Positions 9,653 to 18,545 of a stretch of 46,202 nt of DNA are shown here, in pieces (within the stretch, counting starts at the first letter, position 1; each line of letters starts with the position of its first letter). The notes beneath the pieces are model-generated. The model saw nothing but the letters and a program-made list of their open reading frames with translations, made no database searches and had not been told where the DNA came from. The DNA lies in NCBI GenBank assembly GCA_039683575.1, contig JBDKRC010000181.1, positions 1 to 46,202 on the forward strand. Reading direction: 5' to 3'. This DNA is from Armatimonadia bacterium. Lineage in GTDB: Bacteria > Armatimonadota > Zipacnadia > Zipacnadales > UBA11051. The position numbers and the translations under genes were made by a program.

Positions 9653-9692
9653 AAAAGAGAAGCGGACCGGAGTTTGTGGCTCCGGTCCGCTT
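9653..9692 (-). terminator. Rho-independent terminator of clpC
   Basis: 13-bp perfect stem (AAGCGGACCGGAG/CTCCGGTCCGCTT) followed by CTCTTTT on the minus strand. Confidence 0.8.
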
Positions 9693-9708
9693 TGGGGTTC
9701 GGTAGAGA

Positions 9709-9739
9709 GGATCGCGGTCTGGTGACCGCTCCTACAGGC
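9709..9739 (-). repeat. Single REP, family D variant
   Basis: GGATCGCGGTCTGGTGACCGCTCCTACAGGC, with a compensatory stem swap relative to 5999-6029. Confidence 0.85.
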
Positions 9740-9758
9740 AGTCTGGTCGCGAGACGGC

Positions 9759-12218
9759 CTAGTTGGTTGCCGTTACTGAGGTCTCTTCCAGGTGGAAGGT
9801 GGGCTCGCCGAGGTCGTCGAGCTCGACTTCGATCTCGCCACTGAGGTCTTCGCCCAGTTCGAGGAGGTACTCGGATAGCGGGTCCTCGATCAGGCGGCGG
9901 ACCGCTCTGCGGAGGGGCCTCGCGCCCATGGCCGGGTCGTAGCCTTCCTCGGCGAGGAGGGTGTGGACCGGCTCGGAGATGTGGAGGTCCAGGCCGCGGT
10001 TCTGTAGCTGCTTGGAGACCTTGCCCACCTCGAGGTCAACGATGGCACCGATTTCCTCGGGTGTGAGGGCGTGGAAGACGACCGTGTCGTCCACGCGGTT
10101 GAGGAACTCGGGGCTGAAGGTCTTCTTCAGCTCTTCCATGACCTTGGACTTCATGCGCGAGTAGTCGCGCCGGTGCTCGCGGGCCGTGTCTTCGGCCTTA
10201 TCGGTCGTGAAGCCGACGGAGTTGCCGGTGGTGATCAGGCGGGCGCCGACGTTGCTGGTCATGATCACGATGGTGTTCTTGAAGTCCACCACGCGGCCCT
10301 GGGCGTCGGTCAGGCGGCCGTCCTCCATGATCTGCAGCAGGATGCTGAAGACCTCGGGATGGGCCTTCTCGATCTCGTCGAAGAGCACGATGGAGTAGGG
10401 GCGGCGGCGGACGGCTTCGCTGAGCTGGCCGCTCTCCTCGTAGCCGACGTACCCGGGGGGCGCGCCGATGAGGCGGGAGACCGCGAACTTCTCCATGTAC
10501 TCGGACATGTCAATGCGGATCAGCGCGTCTTCGTTGCCGAAGAGGAACTTGGCAAGCATCCGCGCGAGGTAGGTCTTGCCGACACCGGTGGGCCCCAGGA
10601 AGATGAACGAGCCGGTGGGGCGGTTCGGATCCTTGATGCCGGCGCGGGAGCGGCGGACGGCGCGGGCGATCGTGCGGATGGCCTCATCCTGGGACACGAT
10701 GTCCTCGTGCAGAGCATCTTCCATGCGCAGCAGGCGGCGGGACTCGGCTTCGGTCAGCGAGACGACCGGGATGCCGGTCCAGGTGGCGACGATCTGGGCG
10801 ATGTCGTCGCGTTCGACCACCGGGGTCACACGCGGCTCGGGGGTCCAGGCGTCGTCGGTGAGGCACTGCTGGGCGCCGAGGGGCTCCTGTTCGTCGAGAT
10901 CGTCGATGTCGTCGAACTGGTGCGGCAGCGGATTGGGCGTGTCGTCGCCAGCGTCGCCGTGGTCGATGCGGTCCTCGCGGCAGACCTGCTTGTACTCCCG
11001 GAGCTTCACGCGCGAGCCGGCTTCGTCGAGCAGGTCAATGGCCTTGTCGGGGAGCATGCGGTCGGCGATGTAGCGGGTCGAGAGGTCCACCGAGGCCTCG
11101 ATGGCCTCTTCGGTGAAGGCGACGCCGTGGTATTCCTCGTAGCGGTCCTTGATGCCCTGGAGGATATCGAGGGTCTGCTCGCGGTCCGGCTCCTTGACCA
11201 TGACGGGCTGGAAGCGGCGCTCGAGGGACGGGGTCTTCTCGATGTGCTTGCGGAACTCGTCTAGGGTGGTGGCGCCGATGCACTGCATCTCGCCGCGCGC
11301 CAGGGCGGGCTTGAGCATGTTGGAGGCGTCCATGGCGCCCTCGGCGGCACCGGTGCCGACGATGGTGTGGAGCTCGTCCAGGAAGACGATGACCTCGCCC
11401 TGGCAGTTGCGGAGCTCTTCCATGATGCGCTTCATGCGCTCTTCGAACTCGCCGCGGTACTTGGTGCCGGCGACGAGGGAGGCGAGGTCGAGGGCGACCA
11501 CGCGCTTGTCACGCAGGAGGTCGGGCACGTCGGAGTCGGCCACGCGCTGGGCGAGGCCCTCAACGATGGCGGTCTTGCCTACGCCAGCCTCGCCGATGAG
11601 ACAGGGGTTGTTCTTGGTGCGACGGCAGAGGATCTGGATGACGCGCTCGGCTTCTTCGTCGCGGCCGATGACCGGGTCAAGCTGGCCGTCGCGGGCCATC
11701 TGGGTAAGGTCGCGGCTGAAGTGGTCGAGAGTGGGCGTCTTGCCACGCTTTTCCTGCGGCTCGCGCTGCGGGGCGTTGCGGCCCTGGATCTCGGAGAGAG
11801 CCTGGCGGACGAGAGAAAGCTCGGCGCCATGGCGGCGGAGCAGGCGGAAGGCGGCGCCGCGACCCTCGCGGAGCAGGCCGATGAGGATGTGCTCGGTGCC
11901 GATGTGGTAGTCGCCAAGCTGCTTGGCTTCCTGGTAGGCCCGGGTCAGCACGCGCTGGGCCTCGGGGGTGAAAGAGATGTCCTTGGAGGTCTCGCCGGGG
12001 GCGGTAGCCTCCATCTGACGACGCAAGTCGGTGCGCAGGCGCTCGAGGTCGAGGCCCAGGCGGTCGAGGAGTTCCGAGGCGGTGCCCTCTCCCAGCCTCA
12101 TGAGGCCAAGAAGAAGATGCTCGGTGGAAATAAGCTGGGCGCCCATGCGGGCGGCCTCATCGTGGGCCATGAGTACGGCACGGCGGGCTCGGCTGGTGAA
12201 TCTTTGCCACAATTCCAT
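9759..12218 (-). CDS. clpC: ATP-dependent Clp protease ATP-binding subunit, ClpC type
   Basis: Two Clp-N repeats; AAA1 [27 protein letters not shown]2 [27 protein letters not shown]; ClpP-docking VGF loop; GARPLRR. Confidence 0.95.
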   Translation of the reverse strand: MELWQRFTSRARRAVLMAHDEAARMGAQLISTEHLLLGLMRLGEGTASELLDRLGLDLERLRTDLRRQMEATAPGETSKDISFTPEAQRVLTRAYQEAKQLGDYHIGTEHILIGLLREGRGAAFRLLRRHGAELSLVRQALSEIQGRNAPQREPQEKRGKTPTLDHFSRDLTQMARDGQLDPVIGRDEEAERVIQILCRRTKNNPCLIGEAGVGKTAIVEGLAQRVADSDVPDLLRDKRVVALDLASLVAGTKYRGEFEERMKRIMEELRNCQGEVIVFLDELHTIVGTGAAEGAMDASNMLKPALARGEMQCIGATTLDEFRKHIEKTPSLERRFQPVMVKEPDREQTLDILQGIKDRYEEYHGVAFTEEAIEASVDLSTRYIADRMLPDKAIDLLDEAGSRVKLREYKQVCREDRIDHGDAGDDTPNPLPHQFDDIDDLDEQEPLGAQQCLTDDAWTPEPRVTPVVERDDIAQIVATWTGIPVVSLTEAESRRLLRMEDALHEDIVSQDEAIRTIARAVRRSRAGIKDPNRPTGSFIFLGPTGVGKTYLARMLAKFLFGNEDALIRIDMSEYMEKFAVSRLIGAPPGYVGYEESGQLSEAVRRRPYSIVLFDEIEKAHPEVFSILLQIMEDGRLTDAQGRVVDFKNTIVIMTSNVGARLITTGNSVGFTTDKAEDTAREHRRDYSRMKSKVMEELKKTFSPEFLNRVDDTVVFHALTPEEIGAIVDLEVGKVSKQLQNRGLDLHISEPVHTLLAEEGYDPAMGARPLRRAVRRLIEDPLSEYLLELGEDLSGEIEVELDDLGEPTFHLEETSVTATN

Positions 12219-12499
12219 GGACTAAACTGCCTCCAATGGTGGTACGGCCGGCAGCGCACGGGCGCGACGAGACCAGCAGTCTCGCTGCGCCGGCATGGCT
12301 GCCCTTCCAACACTCACCGCCCCGCTCAGGCGCGGCCTCAACCCCAGGTCCGATATGATTTCAACACGTCAGGTATTAGGACTCTACCCGCCGCAAAGAG
12401 GTTTCATGTATTGAAAAACAACCCCGGGAGGTAACAGGTTCCTGAGGGCAGGAAAGGGGCTCAGGAGGGAATGCAGGTGGTGCAGGAGGGTTTACGGCT

Positions 12500-12527
12500 G
12501 TGGGAGGGGCTGAAGGGCCCCTCCCAC
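12500..12527. repeat. Family F hairpin GTGGGAGGGGC-N6-GCCCCTCCCAC
   Basis: Perfect 11-bp stem. Confidence 0.7.
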
Positions 12528-12554
12528 GTGTTGTGTTGGGTGCGGTAACAGGGT

Positions 12555-12651
12555 GTGGGTGCGAGACGCACCCACCTACGCGGTCCGGAGGGTGCGAGAC
12601 GAACCCGCCTACGCGGTCCGGAGGGTGCGGGTTCGAGACGAACCCGCCTAC
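12555..12651 (-). repeat. Tandem array of 3 family C REPs (minus strand GTAGGYGGGTKCGTCTCGMACCC)
   Basis: Units at 12555-12579, 12590-12612 and 12627-12651, joined by a repeated GCGGTCCGGA linker. Confidence 0.9.
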
Positions 12652-12667
12652 GCGGTACTGAACCTGC

Positions 12668-13558
12668 CTACTTGTATATCGGTTCGCCACAGCACTCAAT
12701 TAAGGAGCGGAAGGCCTCGAGGAGCTTGGTGGTCTTCGGGCCGGCGTGGCCATTGCCGATCTTGCGGCCATCTACCTCGACCACGGGGACGAGCTCGGCG
12801 GCACTGCCGGTGAGGAAGGCCTCCTCGGCAGTGTAGACGGAGCGCATGCGGAACAGGTCTTCGATGACTTCCATGCCGAGGTCGGCACCGAGTTCCATGA
12901 CCGCCTGGCGGGTGATCCCGGGAAGGGCGCCGAGGTAGTCAGGAGGCGTGATCAGCTTGTTGCCGTTGATCAGGAAGAGGTTGTCGCCAGTGCATTCGCA
13001 CACGTAGCCGTCGGTCGTCAGCATGATGCCCTCAGGCACCTCGGCCTGGACGCACTCGAGCTTGGCCAGGATGTTGTTGAGGTAGTTCAGGGACTTGATC
13101 GAGCCATTAAGAGCGTCGGGCGGGTTGCGGCGGGTCGAGCAGGTGACCAGCGAAAGACCCTTCGTGTAGACCTCTTCGGGGTAGAGCGCGATGGAAGTGG
13201 CGATACAGAAGATGGTCGGCACAGGGCACTTGCGGGGGTCGAGACCGAGATCGCCGACGCCGCGGGTGACGACGAGCCGGATATAGGCATCCCGGAGTTC
13301 ATTCGCGCGCAGCGTCTCGAGGACGACTTCCTGCATCTGCTCGATTGTGATGGGGATATTGAGCATGAGGCAGTGGGCGCCGTCGTACATGCGCTGGAGA
13401 TGCTCCTGGAGCTTGAAGACGCGGCCGTGGTAGGCGCGGATACCCTCAAAGATACCGTCGCCGTAGAGCAGGCCATGGTCGAAAACGGAGACTTTGGCTT
13501 CTTGTTCGGGAACAAGCTTGCCATCGAGCCAGATTTGGAGAGGCATTACGAAAACCAC
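12668..13558 (-). CDS. ilvE: Branched-chain amino acid aminotransferase
   Basis: KVSVFDHGLLYGDGIFEGIRAY, IKSLNYLNN, LPGITR, EEAFLTGSAAELVPV. Confidence 0.96.
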   Translation of the reverse strand: MVFVMPLQIWLDGKLVPEQEAKVSVFDHGLLYGDGIFEGIRAYHGRVFKLQEHLQRMYDGAHCLMLNIPITIEQMQEVVLETLRANELRDAYIRLVVTRGVGDLGLDPRKCPVPTIFCIATSIALYPEEVYTKGLSLVTCSTRRNPPDALNGSIKSLNYLNNILAKLECVQAEVPEGIMLTTDGYVCECTGDNLFLINGNKLITPPDYLGALPGITRQAVMELGADLGMEVIEDLFRMRSVYTAEEAFLTGSAAELVPVVEVDGRKIGNGHAGPKTTKLLEAFRSLIECCGEPIYK

Positions 13559-13618
13559 CTTAGTGAAGAAGGCGCGCCGTGAGCGCGCGTGGAGTGTGGG
13601 GCCTAAGCCATCAAGGGT

Positions 13619-13647
13619 AGTATAGCGTTTTTGTAGGGAGTTTTCAA
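13619..13647 (-). promoter_or_regulatory. Sigma70 promoter TTGAAA-17 nt-TATACT upstream of ilvE
   Basis: Near-consensus boxes with 17-nt spacing. Confidence 0.7.
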
Positions 13648-13675
13648 AGGGGGATGAGGGGTGGGGCAGAGGGGA

Positions 13676-14872
13676 TCAGCGACCTAGTATCTCTACGTAG
13701 ACCTCTTCGACTTCGCGGGCGACGCGGCGGATGTCGAAATAGCGGTTAGCGCGGCGGAAGCCGTTATCGCCCATCTCGTGGGCCAGACTCTTCTCGGCGA
13801 GCAGGCGAGTGATGGCAGCGGCGAGTTCGGCAGCGTTGCCGGGCTCGATCAGCAGGCCGCATTTGCCGTCGCGCAGGACCTCGGGGACGCCGCCGGAGCG
13901 GGTGCCTACGACAGGCTTGCCGGAAGCCATGGCCTCGACGACGGCGCGTCCGAAGGGCTCGTTGACCGAGGGCAGGACGAAAACGTCGCACAGGCGCAAC
14001 ATGTCGGCCACGTCGTGGCGGAAGCCCAGCCAGTGGACGAGGTCGGCCACCCCCTCGGCGCGGGCCTTGGCCTGCAATTGCTGGAGGTAGTTCTCTTCCC
14101 AGAAGGTTGTCGTGCCGAGGACCAGGAGGCGGACGCGCGGGCGCTGCTCGTGGACGAGGCGCATGGCTTCGAGGAGGGTGGTGTGGCCCTTCCACGGGGT
14201 GAGGCGGCCTACTACGATGACGACCTCGTCATCAGGCGTGAGGCCGAGTTCGGCCTGTAGCTCGGGGGAGGGCGGGCCGGGGTGGAACTTGTCCAGCGGG
14301 ATGCCGTTGTGGATTACCCGCAGGCGGAGATGATCGCGGAGAGGGTCGAATTGTGAGGCGACGGCTTCGGAGATGGCGATGACGTACGGCTTGACCGTGC
14401 GGGCGGACTGCAGGAGCCACTTGGTGGCGGCGGGCTCGGTGAGGATGTCGCGCATGTGCCAGACGAGGGGGCGGCGGGCGAGAGTGGCGGCGAAGCCACC
14501 GAGGAGGTGGCTCTTCAGGGCGTTGGTGTGGAGCAGGTCAACGCGCTCTTGCACCATCATGCGGCGCAGAGCGGCGACGAGGTGGCGCGATTCGAGGAGG
14601 TAGCGCCAGGAGGCGAAGAAGCCGGGCTTGAGCTCGTCGCGCTTAGCTGCGAGCACCGGGGAGGCGGGGACGGCGGGGAAACGCGTGATGTCGGCGAGAG
14701 CGGGATCGTCGGCCCACTTTGCATCGGCAGCGTGCAGGAGCAGAGCCTCGTAGCGCCGCCGGTCGAGTTGCGGGATGAGTTCGAGCAGGCTTTGCTCGGC
14801 GCCACCGAGGTCCTGAGCCTGGTCCACAAACGCTATGCGCCGTGGGGGTCTTACTGGGTGTTGCTCTGCCAT
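13676..14872 (-). CDS. Glycosyltransferase family 4
   Basis: GGAEQSL, VGRLTPWKGH, FVLPSVNEPFGRAVVEAMASGKPVV. Confidence 0.95.
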   Translation of the reverse strand: MAEQHPVRPPRRIAFVDQAQDLGGAEQSLLELIPQLDRRRYEALLLHAADAKWADDPALADITRFPAVPASPVLAAKRDELKPGFFASWRYLLESRHLVAALRRMMVQERVDLLHTNALKSHLLGGFAATLARRPLVWHMRDILTEPAATKWLLQSARTVKPYVIAISEAVASQFDPLRDHLRLRVIHNGIPLDKFHPGPPSPELQAELGLTPDDEVVIVVGRLTPWKGHTTLLEAMRLVHEQRPRVRLLVLGTTTFWEENYLQQLQAKARAEGVADLVHWLGFRHDVADMLRLCDVFVLPSVNEPFGRAVVEAMASGKPVVGTRSGGVPEVLRDGKCGLLIEPGNAAELAAAITRLLAEKSLAHEMGDNGFRRANRYFDIRRVAREVEEVYVEILGR

Positions 14873-16020
14873 AGCTCTCCAAAGGCGGCGTCCACGCGGC
14901 GCGCCACGAGGTTCCAGGTGAATTGCTGCTCGGCACGGCGGCGGGCGTGGAGGCCCATTGCCTTCAAGGCGTCCGGGTCGCGCAGGAGTTGGATTGCGGC
15001 GCGGGCGAGGCTCTGCGGGCTGCGCGGGGGGACCAGCAGGCCCGTCAGACCGTGGTCCACGGCGTCGGGAATGCCACCGGTGCGGCTGCCGATCACGGCG
15101 GTCTCACAGCAGTTGGCTTCGAGGAAAGTCAGGCCGAAGCCCTCGCTGGGCTTGCCGGGGATGTCATAGCTGGGCATGACCATCAGGTCAGCGAGAGTGT
15201 AGTAGCCGCAGAGGTCGGCGTCGGGCGCACGGCCGGCGAAGATGACACTGTCCTGAAGGCTGCGGGCGGCGACGGCCGCCTGCAGGGCGGGCAGGTGCTC
15301 GCCGTCCCCGACGATGAGGTACTTGACCGGGCGGGCGGGTCCGAGAGCGCTGATGATCTGGGGGAGAGCCTGGATGACGGTCAGGTGGCCCTTGCGTGGG
15401 ACTACGCGAGCGACGGTAAGAAGCACGAGGGCGTCGCCGAGGTTGTGATGGGCGCGGAGTGCGGCGGCACGAGCGGCGTCGGGGCGGAAGCGGTCGCTGT
15501 CTATGCCGCAGCCGACCATGCGGAGTCTGGCGTCGGGGACGCCTGCCCGGCGGAAGTTGTCGGCGGCGTAGTTACTGATGGCGAAGCAGAAGTTGGTCTT
15601 GTCGAACAGGTATTGCTGCAGCAGCCACTTGAGGACGTTGGCGCCGTGGAGGATGAACTCGCGGTCGTGGCCGAAGAGGCCCCAGGGGACGTCGAGGGCG
15701 TCGGCGGCTTGCCTGGCGCCAGGGGCCTCGGGGGACCACTTGGTGGAGATGAGGCCGCGCAGGGGCGCGGGATTGGCGCGGGCGAGGCGGACTGCTTCGT
15801 CGCGCAGGCGGCGGTAGATGGCGGGTTTGCCGCCTTTGGTCGGAACGCGGGTGACAGGGACTGGGGAGGCGGCATCGTGGGCCTGCCAGCCGGGGTGTTC
15901 GGTGGCAATGACGTGGACCTGGCGGCCGAGCCCTTGCAGGGCGGCCGCCAGGTGGCTGTGGTAGGTTTGGATGCCACCGACCTGTGGGGGGTAGTCAGTG
16001 GCGAGGAGGAGGTAGTCCAT
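14851..16020 (-). CDS. Glycosyltransferase family 4 (PimB-like)
   Basis: DYPPQVGGIQTY, VARVVPRKGH, EGFGLTFLEAN, GGIPDAV. Confidence 0.95.
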   Translation of the reverse strand: MDYLLLATDYPPQVGGIQTYHSHLAAALQGLGRQVHVIATEHPGWQAHDAASPVPVTRVPTKGGKPAIYRRLRDEAVRLARANPAPLRGLISTKWSPEAPGARQAADALDVPWGLFGHDREFILHGANVLKWLLQQYLFDKTNFCFAISNYAADNFRRAGVPDARLRMVGCGIDSDRFRPDAARAAALRAHHNLGDALVLLTVARVVPRKGHLTVIQALPQIISALGPARPVKYLIVGDGEHLPALQAAVAARSLQDSVIFAGRAPDADLCGYYTLADLMVMPSYDIPGKPSEGFGLTFLEANCCETAVIGSRTGGIPDAVDHGLTGLLVPPRSPQSLARAAIQLLRDPDALKAMGLHARRRAEQQFTWNLVARRVDAAFGELWQSNTQ

Positions 16021-16043
16021 GGGTTGGGTGTGATGGTCGGACT

Positions 16044-16139
16044 GTAGGGCGGGGGCTCGTACCCCTGCGGTGCAGACACCGCTTCGCCGCGCGGGTGGTC
16101 GTAGATAACGGCCGGCGGGGTACGGAGCCCCCGCCCTAC
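16044..16139. repeat. Family A REPIN (inverted pair); the left REP is interrupted by a variant 20-nt mini-hairpin at 16066-16085
   Basis: GTAGGGCGGGGGCTCGTACCCC[TGCGGTGCAGACACCGCTTC]GCCG ... CGGCGGGGTACGGAGCCCCCGCCCTAC. Confidence 0.9.
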
Positions 16140-16156
16140 AGTAGAGAGGGCGCCGA

Positions 16157-17008
16157 CTAGGACCAGCCGAGGCCTTCTAGGACCCAGCGGAAGTACTCGA
16201 TGTCTTCCTTGGCGAAGAAGTCGCGGTCGCCCTGGCGCGGGGCCTCGAGGGTGATCGGGCTGTTGTTGCCCTTTTCCATCAGGGTGCGGGCCCAGACGCG
16301 GTTGTCTATGACGCCGTCGGGCAGGCCGCAGACGATGTAGCCGCCGGTGGAGGGCTTGAAGATGTTCTTGAGGTGGCTGTAGTAGATCTTGTCGTCCAGA
16401 ATGCTCATGGCGTCAACGAGGGACTCGCCATTCTTGTTGAGGACGATGTTGCCCATGTCGAGATTGGCGCCGATGGCCGGGGAGCCGATGCGGCGGAGGA
16501 ACTCGGCGGTGGGCTTGGCGAGGTCGTGGATGTAGCCGTTGTGGGTCTCAAAGGCCATGCGGACGCCCAGTTCCTCGGCGACAGCGCCCAGCTGCTGGAA
16601 GCCGTCTACCGCCCAGGCCCACTGCTCCCAGGTCGCGCAGCCGGAGCCGTTGAGGTGGAATTCGCTGTAGGGGACGCCCTGGGCGACCATCGGGCCAGCC
16701 ATGGTGTTGAAGAGCTTCACGCCGATGGCAGCGGCCTGGCGGAGGAGGTCGGTGGACCAGGCAATCTCGGCCGCGCGGGCGTCGGCGTCGGCGTTGTTGA
16801 GGTTGCAGGGGCACGCGATGACGACGTTGGTGAGGCCGGTGCGGTCCATCTCGGCCTTGACCTGGGCGAGGTACTCGGCGGTGGTCAGGCCCTCGCGCTT
16901 GCCGCGGAGTTCGACGCCGTCGTAGCCGTAGAACTTGGCCTTGTCAAAGAGCGTGGCAAGGGTGTAGCCGCTTTCGAAGTAGTTGATGTGCATCAGGACG
17001 TCAGGCAT
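16157..17008 (-). CDS. Sugar phosphate isomerase/epimerase (AP-endonuclease-2 TIM barrel); start moved to ATG 17008
   Basis: GYDGVEL, AFETH, NLDMGN, YSHLKN, ITLE metal-ligand pattern; GGGAG RBS. Confidence 0.88.
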   Translation of the reverse strand: MPDVLMHINYFESGYTLATLFDKAKFYGYDGVELRGKREGLTTAEYLAQVKAEMDRTGLTNVVIACPCNLNNADADARAAEIAWSTDLLRQAAAIGVKLFNTMAGPMVAQGVPYSEFHLNGSGCATWEQWAWAVDGFQQLGAVAEELGVRMAFETHNGYIHDLAKPTAEFLRRIGSPAIGANLDMGNIVLNKNGESLVDAMSILDDKIYYSHLKNIFKPSTGGYIVCGLPDGVIDNRVWARTLMEKGNNSPITLEAPRQGDRDFFAKEDIEYFRWVLEGLGWS

Positions 17009-17155
17009 GAGGAAACACTCCCTGTGGGCAATTGTGGGAGGTTGTTTCGGCGCGGGGGGAGGGGGGACCTGCACAAATGTGAGTTTCGTCGCTTGGGACT
17101 GGGCGATACTTGCTGCGGCATGCGGAGCATGCCTACCACGCGTAGAGGCTTCTTC

Positions 17156-17184
17156 TTGCCAGCGGATGATGCGGCAGGTAGAAT
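17156..17184 (+). promoter_or_regulatory. Sigma70 promoter TTGCCA-17 nt-TAGAAT for holA
   Basis: Near-consensus boxes with 17-nt spacing. Confidence 0.6.
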
Positions 17185-17204
17185 GGCGTTATTCCCAGTA
17201 ACCT

Positions 17205-17353
17205 GTGGGTGCGGGACGAACCGGTCGGGTGGGGGCTGTGGGTGCGGGACGCACCCACCTACGCGGGATTTGTGGGTTCGGGCGAACCCGGATTGGGCGA
17301 GGGGTGTGGGTGCGAAACGCACCCACCTACGCGGGCGAGACGCACCCACCTAC
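17205..17353 (-). repeat. Cluster of ~5 full or partial family C REPs
   Basis: GTGGGTGCGRRACGCACCCACCTAC at 17238 and 17306; partial copies at 17205, 17272 and 17333. Confidence 0.88.
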
Positions 17354-17366
17354 GCGGACATTACCT

Positions 17367-18425
17367 ATGGCTAAAACCCCTGATATTCCATTGATTACGG
17401 TGCTGCACGGCGACGCGGAAGTGCTTAAGACGCGGGCGCTGCGGCGGCTTTTGGCGGCGCATCTTGATGACGCGACGGATGAGGATGCGCTGCACCAGTT
17501 CTGGGGCAAGGAAGTGCCGCCGCGGGAGATGGCGGGGACGATCGGGTCGGCGTCACTGTTCAGCGACAACCGCGTCGTGGTGCTGCGGGAGTTTCAGATG
17601 ATCCCGCTGCGGGAGCAAAAGCCGCTCGAGGGGGCGCTTTCGAACCTGCCCGAGGGGACGATTGTGGTCATCATGTCGCGGCCCAAGGAGAAGGACCGCG
17701 ATACGCGTAAGGCACCCCTGAGCGCAGAGTTGACGCGGCTGGTGAAGAAAGTCGGCAAGACGGAGCTGTATCTCAACCCCAAGAAGGTTGATGAGATGCG
17801 GGCGTTTGTGCTGGATGAGATCACGGCCGGGGGCAAGCGGATCGGGATTCAGTCGCTGAATCTGCTGATGCAGACGGTCGGGGCGGACTATGACCGGATG
17901 CACCAGGAGATAGATAAGCTGATTGCGTACATGGGGGCCGATCCGGAGATTAGCGCACAGGCGGTGGAGGCGTGCGTGCTGCCGGAGGAGGAGCGGACGG
18001 TCTTCAACCTGACCGACGCCATCGGAAAGCGCGATGTGCCCGCGGCGCTGGAGATCATCCGGATACTGCTGCCCGAGGAAGCCAACCGGGGCGAGGCGAT
18101 CGGCGTTGTAGCGCAGATTACGCGGCACCTGAGGCTGCTTTGGCAGACGAGCTATGCGCTGAAGAAGGCGCGGTCGCTGGAGCATCTGAGCGACGAGATC
18201 ACGGCGGCCTTTCCCGAAGAGCATAACCTCGCGGCCGAGGTGCGGAGCAAGCCGTTCATGGCGCGGGTGCTGCCGCAGCAGGCGCGGAATTTCACCGAGG
18301 GTCAACTGGCGCGCGGGATGGTGAAGGCATACCAGGCGGATTTGGCGTTGAAGGGTCTTAGTGACGAAGAGATGGACGAACGCACGCTCCTGGAGACCCT
18401 GGTGATCAGCCTATGCCGAAAATAG
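17367..18425 (+). CDS. holA: DNA polymerase III subunit delta (start moved to ATG 17367)
   Basis: VLHGD, SASLFSDNRVVVL, QEIDKLIAY, TVFNLTDAI, ADLALKG. The ORF-track N-terminal extension is translated REP sequence. Confidence 0.88.
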   Translation: MAKTPDIPLITVLHGDAEVLKTRALRRLLAAHLDDATDEDALHQFWGKEVPPREMAGTIGSASLFSDNRVVVLREFQMIPLREQKPLEGALSNLPEGTIVVIMSRPKEKDRDTRKAPLSAELTRLVKKVGKTELYLNPKKVDEMRAFVLDEITAGGKRIGIQSLNLLMQTVGADYDRMHQEIDKLIAYMGADPEISAQAVEACVLPEEERTVFNLTDAIGKRDVPAALEIIRILLPEEANRGEAIGVVAQITRHLRLLWQTSYALKKARSLEHLSDEITAAFPEEHNLAAEVRSKPFMARVLPQQARNFTEGQLARGMVKAYQADLALKGLSDEEMDERTLLETLVISLCRK

Positions 18426-18545
18426 ACCTCCAGATGCCGCTATGGCAGCAGATCGTGGTTGGCGTGTGGGCGCTGGGCAATGTGGCGCTGTTCGTGCGAC
18501 AGATACTGGTCGCGTATGCAGCGGCCCTGGGTGGCGGCTAGGGGC

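Noticed and set aside
12219-12500. CIRCE or CtsR heat-shock operator upstream of clpC
   Set aside because: No TTAGCACTC-N9-GAGTGCTAA or tandem GTCAAA repeat was found by eye.
12555-12651. Tandem 23-25-nt palindromic repeats (also 17205-17353) as a CRISPR array
   Set aside because: Linkers are 10-14 nt and repeated rather than unique 30-40-nt spacers. The unit is GTAG-tailed and dispersed (39313), and no cas genes are present.
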